From NCBI GenBank assembly GCA_905233475.1, contig CAJOEN010000001.1:62413-126412 (forward strand): a stretch of DNA of 64,000 nt, written 5' to 3'. This document shows, one piece after another, positions 52,127-61,005 of the stretch (positions within the stretch are counted from its first letter, which is position 1; every line of letters starts with the position of its first letter). This stretch comes from an uncultured Bacteroidales bacterium (GTDB lineage Bacteria > Bacteroidota > Bacteroidia > Bacteroidales > P3). The notes below the pieces were generated by a model. It was not told the DNA's origin, ran no database searches, and saw only the letters and a list, made by a program, of their open reading frames with translations. Position numbers and translations under genes: made by a program.

Positions 52127-52561
52127 TTATCTACTTTTTTCCCAAGCTATATAGGGATTTTCCAATACTACAGAATACACAACTGCTTCCCTCAAATTGA
52201 ACTCCACTTTTCGTGTGTCCTCAATATCGGATTGCAGTATGGCTGTTTCAGCAACAGGTTCCTGTTTTTTGGGTTCCTCCTCAACAATTTTGGGATTATA
52301 TTCATTATACAAAAACTGTTCTCTCTCTCTGACGGTTGTTTTTTTATCAAACTCCCGCACCTCTTCTTCGGCTGAAGAGAACATTTTTTTTCCGAGTATT
52401 TCATGTAGAGTTTCTTCTATATCGGTGTAAACTGTGGAACCGGAAGTTTTTTTATCCGATTCCGCAACTTTACGTTCTCTCCTACCATTTTTTTCTTTTT
52501 TACCCAAAAGACTTGGTAAAGAGAACAACACCAATAATAATATCCACAAAAAATTACTCAT
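52127..52561 (-). CDS. membrane-anchored hypothetical protein
   Basis: N-terminal TM, charged linker, C-terminal FNLREAVVYSVVLENPY. Confidence 0.65.
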   Translation of the reverse strand: MSNFLWILLLVLFSLPSLLGKKEKNGRRERKVAESDKKTSGSTVYTDIEETLHEILGKKMFSSAEEEVREFDKKTTVREREQFLYNEYNPKIVEEEPKKQEPVAETAILQSDIEDTRKVEFNLREAVVYSVVLENPYIAWEKSR

Positions 52562-52677
52562 TTACTATCCTAAAATTCTGTGCAAAAATACTCAATCTAT
52601 ATGAATAATAAGTATAAAAAATGTTATTTTTTACAATCTTTCAATCCGACAGATTGATTATCAACGCCTTACTTTCT

Positions 52678-55600
52678 TTATTTTTTTTCAATCATTTTAT
52701 TTTCGTTACGTTTCATCAAATCGTACAAAATTGTACCGGATATGCACACCGAAGAGAATGTACCGGCGGCTACACCGACCAAGAGAGCGAAGATGAATCC
52801 GCGCAAAGCCTCACCACCGAAAATGAACATCATGAGAAGCACCACCAAAGTTGTTCCCGAGGAGTTCACTGTACGGCTCAATGTTGAGTTGATGGCACTG
52901 TTGATTTGTTCTTTCAGCGAGCGTTTCGGATACAGAGTCTTGTACTCACGCACACGGTCGAAGATAACCACAGTGGCGTTGATGGAGTATCCTATAACGG
53001 TAAGTATAGCTGCTATGAACGATTGATCGACTTCCATATTGAAAGGCAGGAATCCGTGCAACAGAGCAAAGAAGCCTATGGTAATAAGTGAGTCGTGAGC
53101 CAAAGCTATAACGCCGCCCAAACCAAATTGCCATTTGCGGAAACGCAGGCCGATGTAGGCAAAAATAACCAAAAGTCCAACCAAAAGCGCTATTACAGCA
53201 TCGCGCTGTATATCCTTGGCCATTGTAGGTCCTACAATTTCGGAACTGATAATACCCAGCGGGTTAGTCTCGGTAGAGGCGAACTCCTTGATAGTTATTT
53301 CGTTTTTGAAATATTGTTTTGTACCGCTGTACAGTTTTTCAACTATTTCATTCTTTATAGTATCGTTATCCTGATTGATTCCATATTTGGTAGTTATCTT
53401 GATTTGGTTCGACGGACCGTAAGTCTTCACTTCGGGAGCGTCGGGGAATTGTTCGGCAAGACTTGCACGCACATCCGCTGTGTTGGGCAAAGGCTGGTCG
53501 AAACGAACAACGTAAGTTCTACCTCCTTGGAAATCGATACCCATATTGAGACCGCGCACAGCCAAAGCAGTTATACCGACAACTAATACCACACCGGCAA
53601 GGGTATAGAAAGCTTTTCTTTTTCCGACGAAATCAACATTTACGTCGCGTAGGAAGTTTTCGGAGAATTTGAAGGAGAATGTCATGGAGTCGGGACTCTT
53701 CTCCATAAAGCGTTCAATAACCAAGTGAGTGATGAAGATACTGGTAAACAGTGATGTAAGGATACCCACGCACAATGTTACGGCGAAACCCTGAACAGGA
53801 CCGGAACCGAACATTATCAGCACTATGCCTGTAAGCAATGTAGTAACGTTACCGTCGATAATAGCCGAGTAAGCGTTTTTGAAACCTTTCTCGATGGACG
53901 AAGATATGCCGTTGCCCGAACGCAGTTCTTCTTTAATACGTTCGTAGATGATAACGTTGGCATCCACAGCCATAGCCATAGTAAGCACAATACCTGCAAT
54001 ACCCGGCAAGGTGAGTACAGCACCCAGCGATGCTATAACACCGATAAGGAAGAACATATTTGTAACCAGGGCTATAGTTGCCACAATACCGGCTTTGTTG
54101 TAGAATATTATCATGTAAATGAACACCATAATAAAGGCCACTATGAAAGAGAGCAGACCTGCATTGATGGATTCCTGACCGAGCGAAGGTCCAACCACAG
54201 CCTCTTGCACTATCTTAGCGGGAGCGGGCAGCTTACCGGCTTTGAGTATGTTTGCAAGGTCTTTGGCTTCTTCGAGGGTGAAGTCGCCGGTAATAGACGA
54301 ACGACCACCAGCAATTTCGCCGTTTACACGAGGAGCAGAGTAAACCACATTGTCGAGTACTATGGCTATGAACTCATTCACGTTGGCACCGGTGATACGT
54401 TTCCACTCACGGGCACCGTCGCTGTTCATGGTCATGGAAATTTCGTTGCCGTTGGAACTGTTGAAGTCCTGACGCGCGTCGGTAATAACGTCGCCGCCAA
54501 GCAGAGGCGAGCCGTCGCGGGTGGTTACCTGAATGGCATAAAGTTCATACAAATTGTTGTATCTTGAGGGTTTTGCACCCCAAAGGAATTTTATAGTAGA
54601 GGGGATTATGTTTTTAGCACGAGCCTTTGCAAACATTTCGTTAATGGCGCCTCTGTCCTTGGGTGAAGCGTATCCAACCACACAACCGTCGGGCATTTCG
54701 CCTGTCTGAGGATTAACATTGGGAACTAATTTCGAAAACAGAGGATTGTTTTTGGCCATATCAGCCTGCATTTGTTCCTTTTGCAGATTGGAGCTATCGG
54801 CTACGAGTTTACCAAGCACGTCGGCAGAGGTGTCGGCAGAGGCTTTGTCGTTTTCACTACCTGTAAGATTTGCCATCAAGGAATCGAGACCTTCATTGGT
54901 GGCTGTATCCTCTACAGTAGTGGAGGCAATATATTTATCCACATCTTCGAGGTAGTGGAAAGCGTCTTTTACTTTGGCGCCCAACCAGAACTGCAGTTCG
55001 GCAGTACCTTGCAGGAGTTTGCGCACACGTTCGGGTTCTTTAACACCGGGGAGTTCGATGAGAATACGTTCGGAAGCACTCAGTTTTTGGATATTGGGCT
55101 GAGCAACGCCGAATTTATCGATACGCTGACGTAGTATTTCGTATGTACGGTCGAAAGCGTCGTTCACCTCACTTCTAACCACTTTCATCACAGTGGCATT
55201 GTCATCGGTGAGTTTCACCTTGTCGCGGAGCTGTGTAGCAAAATATGGAGCAAGTTTTACATCGGGATTGAACTTGAGGATAGCCTCTTCGAAAAGCGAT
55301 ACGAAGTTTGTGTTTGGAGTTACGCTTTGCTGGCGAAGAGCCTCGTCGATGGCTTTATTGAACAGGGTATCCTTTGTATGGTTGCCCAAAGCACGGACAA
55401 CATCAACGGTGGACACTTCCATCATAACGTTCATACCTCCCTTAAGGTCGAGACCGAGATTTATTTCTTTGGCCTTGGAACTCTTGTAGTTTTTCCACAA
55501 AGAGGATTCGGCAGTCTTCTCCGAAACGGAATCTATATAATAAGTTTCGCGAGCCGAAGCTATGGAGTCGTAATAGAACTGCTCTTTCAACGCGTCGCCA

Positions 55601-55758
55601 CCTGCTAATTCCCTGGCTTGCGCACGTGTGGCTTCATTGTAGCCGAATTTATGCGCCCTATTTTCCACGATACGTGTGGATAAGGTGAAAGACAACTGGT
55701 ACAAACACACTAACGCAAACAGTATTGCGAAAAATCTGATAAGTCCTTTATTCTGCAT
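52678..55758 (-). CDS. secDF: protein translocase subunit SecDF
   Basis: NLGLDLKGG, VGPSLG, LTLPGIAG..L..MAVDANV.IYERIKEE, GIDF.GG, IGYSIN.TVVIFDRVRE. Confidence 0.97.
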   Translation of the reverse strand: MQNKGLIRFFAILFALVCLYQLSFTLSTRIVENRAHKFGYNEATRAQARELAGGDALKEQFYYDSIASARETYYIDSVSEKTAESSLWKNYKSSKAKEINLGLDLKGGMNVMMEVSTVDVVRALGNHTKDTLFNKAIDEALRQQSVTPNTNFVSLFEEAILKFNPDVKLAPYFATQLRDKVKLTDDNATVMKVVRSEVNDAFDRTYEILRQRIDKFGVAQPNIQKLSASERILIELPGVKEPERVRKLLQGTAELQFWLGAKVKDAFHYLEDVDKYIASTTVEDTATNEGLDSLMANLTGSENDKASADTSADVLGKLVADSSNLQKEQMQADMAKNNPLFSKLVPNVNPQTGEMPDGCVVGYASPKDRGAINEMFAKARAKNIIPSTIKFLWGAKPSRYNNLYELYAIQVTTRDGSPLLGGDVITDARQDFNSSNGNEISMTMNSDGAREWKRITGANVNEFIAIVLDNVVYSAPRVNGEIAGGRSSITGDFTLEEAKDLANILKAGKLPAPAKIVQEAVVGPSLGQESINAGLLSFIVAFIMVFIYMIIFYNKAGIVATIALVTNMFFLIGVIASLGAVLTLPGIAGIVLTMAMAVDANVIIYERIKEELRSGNGISSSIEKGFKNAYSAIIDGNVTTLLTGIVLIMFGSGPVQGFAVTLCVGILTSLFTSIFITHLVIERFMEKSPDSMTFSFKFSENFLRDVNVDFVGKRKAFYTLAGVVLVVGITALAVRGLNMGIDFQGGRTYVVRFDQPLPNTADVRASLAEQFPDAPEVKTYGPSNQIKITTKYGINQDNDTIKNEIVEKLYSGTKQYFKNEITIKEFASTETNPLGIISSEIVGPTMAKDIQRDAVIALLVGLLVIFAYIGLRFRKWQFGLGGVIALAHDSLITIGFFALLHGFLPFNMEVDQSFIAAILTVIGYSINATVVIFDRVREYKTLYPKRSLKEQINSAINSTLSRTVNSSGTTLVVLLMMFIFGGEALRGFIFALLVGVAAGTFSSVCISGTILYDLMKRNENKMIEKK

Positions 55759-55981
55759 ATCTTATTGTTATATAATTATTAAAGAGTTTTCAATTACTAT
55801 AAAAACACATATTTTTAGACGTGCAAAGATATAAAATTTTGTTCAAATCACAAATTTTTTTGCGAAAAAACAATTTATTTCACTGTGTATCAATATTAAA
55901 AAAAGGCATTTTTTTTTGACCCGCGTTTTTTTTCTCCGCCATTTGAGAAAAAAAGGGTAACTTTGCGAAAATTTTACATCT

Positions 55982-56695
55982 ATGAAAGAAAAGAACATTC
56001 CCATAACACAATGGGCTGAGGAAGACCGTCCGCGCGAGAAAATGTTAGCCAAAGGCAAAAAAGCGTTGAGCAACTCGGAATTGCTCGGCATAGTGCTCGG
56101 CAGTGGCAATCTGAACATGAGTGCTGTAGAATTAGCGAAAAAGTTGCTACTTTCGGCGGACAAAAGTCTTGTAGAATTGTCAAAAAAAGACATTTCCGAC
56201 CTGACAAAAGAAAACGGCGTCGGCAATGCCAAAGCCGTGAGCGTAATGGCAGCACTGGAGCTTGGCAGCCGTATGTGGGCTGAAAGCAGGCGCAACGATG
56301 ATATTGTCATTAAAGACAGCTCATCTATATATAATATAGTATCACCGATGATAAACGAGTTGCCGCACGAGGAGTTTTGGGCTATTTATCTGAACTCCAA
56401 CAATAAACTGATACACAGCAAACGCATAGCCAGCGGGGGACTTACACAAACCTCCGTTGATGTGCGAATGATACTGAAAACAGCCATTGAGAGAAACGCC
56501 ACCGCCATAGCCGTTGCTCACAACCACCCTTCGGGCAATGTGAGACCCAGCAAAGAGGACATCGCCCTGACAAAGAAAATCAAAGAGGCTTGCCATGTTA
56601 TGGACATCAAACTACTTGACCATGTGATAGTTGGGGAACATTTTTCGGCAGGACAAGAGAATTATTACAGTTTCTACGATGAGGGAGTTATTTAA
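55982..56695 (+). CDS. radC: RadC/UPF0758 JAB-domain protein (full length)
   Basis: DRPREK...G..ALS..ELL, HNHPSG...PS.ED, LLDHVIV. Confidence 0.95.
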   Translation: MKEKNIPITQWAEEDRPREKMLAKGKKALSNSELLGIVLGSGNLNMSAVELAKKLLLSADKSLVELSKKDISDLTKENGVGNAKAVSVMAALELGSRMWAESRRNDDIVIKDSSSIYNIVSPMINELPHEEFWAIYLNSNNKLIHSKRIASGGLTQTSVDVRMILKTAIERNATAIAVAHNHPSGNVRPSKEDIALTKKIKEACHVMDIKLLDHVIVGEHFSAGQENYYSFYDEGVI

Positions 56696-56764
56696 ATATC
56701 ATGGTATGAGGTTGTTGTGAAGATTTTTAAGGATTATTTTAACAATTCTCGGGAGTTTTCAATG

Positions 56765-57046
56765 CCTCCGCGCATGCCCATAATCCTCCTAACCTCCTTT
56801 AAAAAGGAGGAACTTGGCCTGCGCGCATGCCCACTTAGCCTAAACACAAACCCATACAAAACGTGGTAGTCCAAACAAGCTCATCCTCTCTTAGGAGGCC
56901 GGGAGGAGTAAAAAAATCTCTGAGGATGGTGAAGAAAAGTCCGGTGACTTTTTGATAGCGAAGCGGAGAATACCCCTCGCACGTACCCGAAATCCTCCTA
57001 ACCTCCTTTAAAAAGAAGGAACTTGGACAGCACACGTGCCCACCTA
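56765..57046. repeat. REP/BIME-like cluster: two ~72-bp direct units plus one degenerate inverted core
   Basis: AATCCTCCTAACCTCCTTTAAAAAG(G/A)AGGAACTTGG at 56782 and 56991; inverted variant at 56876-56909. Confidence 0.8.
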
Positions 57047-57054
57047 CGGAGTAG

Positions 57055-57085
57055 AAAAATGCGGACTACCGAAAAGGTAATCCGC
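57055..57085 (-). terminator. intrinsic terminator of the phosphate acyltransferase gene
   Basis: GCGGA.TACC / GGTA.TCCGC hairpin with an A run on its left (U tract on the minus strand). Confidence 0.7.
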
Positions 57086-57108
57086 TAAAAATATGTCCTT
57101 TACTCTGA

Positions 57109-58017
57109 TTATTTGCACTGTAACGATGCCAAAGCTATGGAATAGAGCTTTGTTTTTGCGGAGTCGCCGCGAGAGGTAAGTACACAAGGCACTTTGGCCC
57201 CAACTACCATGCAACCTAATTCGGCACCGGCAAATTTGGTACATGTTTTGTAGAATACATTGCCAGATTCGATATTGGGGAAAAGCAGACAGTCGGCATC
57301 GCCGGCTACTTCGCCAGTAAGTTTCTTTATTTGTGCACTTTCTTTATCGATGGCCACGTCGAGGGCAAGAGGTCCGTCCACCAAAGCACCTTTTATTTGT
57401 CCGCGGTCGCCCATTTTGGAGATAATAGCAGCTTCGACACAAGCCGGCATGCCTGTGGAAACCTGTTCGGTGGCAGCTAAAACAGCTACTTTGGGTTTAT
57501 CTATCTGCAACGATTTGGCGGTGCTTACAAGGTAACCGAGTATGGCTTGTTTCTGTTTCATGTCGGGAGCAGGAACTATAGCCACATCACTGGCTATAAG
57601 GAGTTTGTGGTAGGAAGGCACCTCAAAAACGGCTATATGAGTGAGCATGTCGTTCTTTTTGCCGGGCATAAGTCCCGTTTCCTTGTTGAGTATGGCGCGC
57701 ATATATTTGTCGGTGCTCAGGAGACCTTTCATCAGAAAGTCGCCTTCACCTTTGTTGATAAGGCTTACAGCTACCACACCGGCTTTTGTTTCGTCGGCTT
57801 CCTGCACTATTTTGAACACCGAAGCGTCGAAACCATGTTCGGCACAAACATTTTTAATTGTGGCTTCGTCGCCTACGAGGGTGGCATCCACTATGCCTGC
57901 CTTTATAGCGTTGTAAACAGCCTCTATGGTGTGGGCATCGTTGGCGTATGCCGCAACCAGACGTTTTTTTCCTTTGGATTTGGCTAATGCCAAAACATCA
58001 TCTAATTTAGTAATCAT
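57109..58017 (-). CDS. phosphate butyryl/acetyltransferase (Ptb-like)
   Basis: LMKGL..T, VDGPLALD.AI, GDAD.LL.PNIESGN..YK, LTSRGDS. Confidence 0.88.
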   Translation of the reverse strand: MITKLDDVLALAKSKGKKRLVAAYANDAHTIEAVYNAIKAGIVDATLVGDEATIKNVCAEHGFDASVFKIVQEADETKAGVVAVSLINKGEGDFLMKGLLSTDKYMRAILNKETGLMPGKKNDMLTHIAVFEVPSYHKLLIASDVAIVPAPDMKQKQAILGYLVSTAKSLQIDKPKVAVLAATEQVSTGMPACVEAAIISKMGDRGQIKGALVDGPLALDVAIDKESAQIKKLTGEVAGDADCLLFPNIESGNVFYKTCTKFAGAELGCMVVGAKVPCVLTSRGDSAKTKLYSIALASLQCK

Positions 58018-58276
58018 TGCGTTATGCTTTTTTATTATATTAATACGGTATTTAATTGAGATTGCAAATATACGCAAAAAATAACTGATTTCGGCAGGCT
58101 ACGGCGTTTTTTTGTTTATTGACATAGGATGAATTGGTGGATTTTGCCCTACGGCACACAAAAAAATATCTTTTTTTTCGTACTTTTTTGTAAAAAAAAC
58201 AGCCTTTTCGGGTGTCAATACAATAAAAAAGTTTTTTTTTTGTTTTATATTGATTATTTATAACACTTACGAACCG

Positions 58277-59683
58277 ATGAAGAGAATCGTTTTGGCAATA
58301 GCCACTCTTATGCTTGTTGCAGGAGCTACTAACGCAGCCCCAAAAAAAGGATACAAAATTGTTGTTTCGATAAAAAACGCCAAGGATACCGTGCTTTACA
58401 TGGGGCACTACTATGGGAAATACACGCCCTCAATGGACACTGCCCATATCAACAAAAAAGGGGAGTTTGTTTTCGAAAGCAAGACAAAGGAGGCCAAGCC
58501 CGGAGTATATTTCTTTTCCAATCCGCAGGGACGCTACGCGGAGTTCATAATAAACCTCGACCGCCCCAATTTCACCCTAAAAACCGACGAGGTGAACTGG
58601 ATTACCAATATGAAAGTGTTGGGCTCGCCCGAAAACAAGGCTTTTTACGACTACCAACGCATTACCCATTTGTATTACAACAAAATTGACTCCATAAACA
58701 AAAACACCGCCGACAAGGAGTTGGCAAAAAAACAGGCATACACCCTACGTATGCAACTCGACAGCATTAAGGAGAACCTTGTTCGCACCCATCCCGAATT
58801 CCTGTTTTGCCGTATGCTACAGGCTACCAAAGACATATACGTACCTATTACCAACGAAAAAGGCGATACCCTTAGCAAAACAGAACGTGCCGAATATTAC
58901 GGCGAACATTATTTCGACAGCATGTCGCTCGACAACAACGCCATGGTTCGCACCCCCTCACAGGTGTTTTACGACCGCGTAGAGCGTTTCTTCGACGGAT
59001 ACTTAGGCTCCGCCTCGCCAGATGTTATTTGCGAATATGCCGACAAGGTGATAGACAAATCGCGTCCCGCCAAAGATGTGTTCCAGTTTCTTGTGAACCA
59101 CCTTGCGGAGAAATACCTGCGTAGCCACGTGATGACACACGATGCTGTTTATGTGCACATGATAGAGAAATACTACGCCACCGGCGAGGCGTTCTGGGCT
59201 TCGCCATCCGATATTGACGCCGAAGTGGCACGTGCCACCAAATGGAAACATCTGCTGGTAGGCAAGGACGCACCCGATTTCGGCGTGCTTTACAACGACC
59301 AATGGCATTTCCTCAACGAAATCAAAAACAAATACACTCTGCTGATTTTTTGGTCGCCTACATGCGGACACTGCGCAACTATGATTCCCGAGCTGCACGA
59401 TTTTTACAAGAAATACGGCAAAAAATACGACATAGGAACTTTCGCCATCAACACCGACATACACGAGGTAGAAAAATGGAAGGAATTTATAAAGGACAAA
59501 GACCTGTTCGACTGGAACAACTACAACGGCGGCGTGGCCAACGTGGATTGGAAAGACCTCTACGACGTAATTTCGACACCAGTGGTGTATCTGCTCGACA
59601 AAGACCATAAAATTCTTGCAAAAAAAATCGACGCAAAAATCCTGACAGAGATTTTCAAAATATTGGAACCCGGTTTCGAATAA
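58277..59683 (+). CDS. exported TlpA/thioredoxin-like protein with DUF5106-like middle domain
   Basis: signal peptide; LVGK.APD, FWSPTCGHC (CxxC), YDV.STP..YLLD. Confidence 0.85.
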   Translation: MKRIVLAIATLMLVAGATNAAPKKGYKIVVSIKNAKDTVLYMGHYYGKYTPSMDTAHINKKGEFVFESKTKEAKPGVYFFSNPQGRYAEFIINLDRPNFTLKTDEVNWITNMKVLGSPENKAFYDYQRITHLYYNKIDSINKNTADKELAKKQAYTLRMQLDSIKENLVRTHPEFLFCRMLQATKDIYVPITNEKGDTLSKTERAEYYGEHYFDSMSLDNNAMVRTPSQVFYDRVERFFDGYLGSASPDVICEYADKVIDKSRPAKDVFQFLVNHLAEKYLRSHVMTHDAVYVHMIEKYYATGEAFWASPSDIDAEVARATKWKHLLVGKDAPDFGVLYNDQWHFLNEIKNKYTLLIFWSPTCGHCATMIPELHDFYKKYGKKYDIGTFAINTDIHEVEKWKEFIKDKDLFDWNNYNGGVANVDWKDLYDVISTPVVYLLDKDHKILAKKIDAKILTEIFKILEPGFE

Positions 59684-59792
59684 TGGGTGCGGACTATGCA
59701 TATTTCCTCACCCTCACAGCATAAATAACAGTCTTTCATCACCAAAAGGCTGTTGTTTTTTTAGAAAAGATATTGAGATAAACACACTGTAA

Positions 59793-60998
59793 ATGAGAAT
59801 ACTGCACACAAGCGACTGGCATTTGGGACAAAATTTCAACGATTTCGACCGTAGCGACGAACATGCCGCTTTTTTTGAACATCTCTACGCAATGGCTCGC
59901 GACAGGCGTCCCGACGTTATTGTGGTGAGCGGCGACATTTTCGACACCACCGCGCCGCCCATAGGTGCGCAGGATATGTACAACCGTCAGATGATACGCC
60001 TTTCGGAACTGAAAATACCAATAGTTGTCACCGCCGGCAACCACGACAGTGCTTCGCGTTTGGAGGTGTCGGAACCACTATGGAGCAGGTTCGGGCTTGC
60101 TGTGGTTGGCAATCTGCAGTTCACTCCAGACGGCCAAGTGGATACCGACCGCCATATAGTGGAAATCCCCGACAAAGGCTTTGTGGTGGCGGTACCATAT
60201 ATATACAAATACCGCTACCCCGAAATTCCCGACAAAGCCGATGCTACCATTGAGGAACGCATGGAATATTTCCACAACATCCTTCTGAAAAGGGCAGCCG
60301 AACGCAATACCGCCAAGCTGCCTGTGGTTATGACGGCACATTTGGCCGTTGCCGAAAACGCCGAAAAAACCGACTACGACGAGCGTATAGCTGCAATGGA
60401 GTTCTGCAACATAAAAAGCATGGGCAAGGGTTGGGACTATCTTGCTTTGGGACACATACACCGCCCTTCCAGCACATGGAATAAGCACGTGCGCTATTGC
60501 GGAAGTCCCATACCACTGAGTTTCGACGAAACTACACCGCGCAGCGTGTCTGTGGTGGACATAGAAAGCCTCGGTGCCGAACCTCGGATAGAGGAGGTGG
60601 AGATACCACAAATGCGCCGTATGCTTACCGTCCCCGCCGAGCCCAAGCCGCTGAACGAGGCTGTGGCCGAACTTGCCATGCTCAAGGCCGACGAAGAGTG
60701 CTACGTGCGGCTCAACCTGCTTATAACCGACCTCCCCGACGGCGATGCGGGCATTCGCGCCCAAAATGCCCTGCAAGGCAAAAAAGCACGTTACTGCGGC
60801 ACTAAACTCACAAAGGCGATTTTCTCCCCCGCCACAGACTCAACACAGCCCTTGGTATCCGTTGCCAACATCAACAACGACCCTATGGCCATTGCCAAAG
60901 CCTATTACCTGCAAAAAAACGGCGTGGATATGCCCGATGACATTTCGGCCATGCTAAAGTTCGCCATAGACGAAACTATCAACCAAAATAGATTGTAG
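59793..60998 (+). CDS. sbcD: exonuclease SbcCD subunit D
   Basis: HTSDWHLG, SGDIFD, AGNHDS, DYLALGHIH, RYCGSP...SFDE. Confidence 0.94.
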   Translation: MRILHTSDWHLGQNFNDFDRSDEHAAFFEHLYAMARDRRPDVIVVSGDIFDTTAPPIGAQDMYNRQMIRLSELKIPIVVTAGNHDSASRLEVSEPLWSRFGLAVVGNLQFTPDGQVDTDRHIVEIPDKGFVVAVPYIYKYRYPEIPDKADATIEERMEYFHNILLKRAAERNTAKLPVVMTAHLAVAENAEKTDYDERIAAMEFCNIKSMGKGWDYLALGHIHRPSSTWNKHVRYCGSPIPLSFDETTPRSVSVVDIESLGAEPRIEEVEIPQMRRMLTVPAEPKPLNEAVAELAMLKADEECYVRLNLLITDLPDGDAGIRAQNALQGKKARYCGTKLTKAIFSPATDSTQPLVSVANINNDPMAIAKAYYLQKNGVDMPDDISAMLKFAIDETINQNRL

Positions 60999-61005
60999 AT
61001 TACCT

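Noticed and set aside
55982..56695. radC as a marker of a mobile element
   Set aside because: full-length chromosomal form with the N-terminal PREK domain, flanked by core genes
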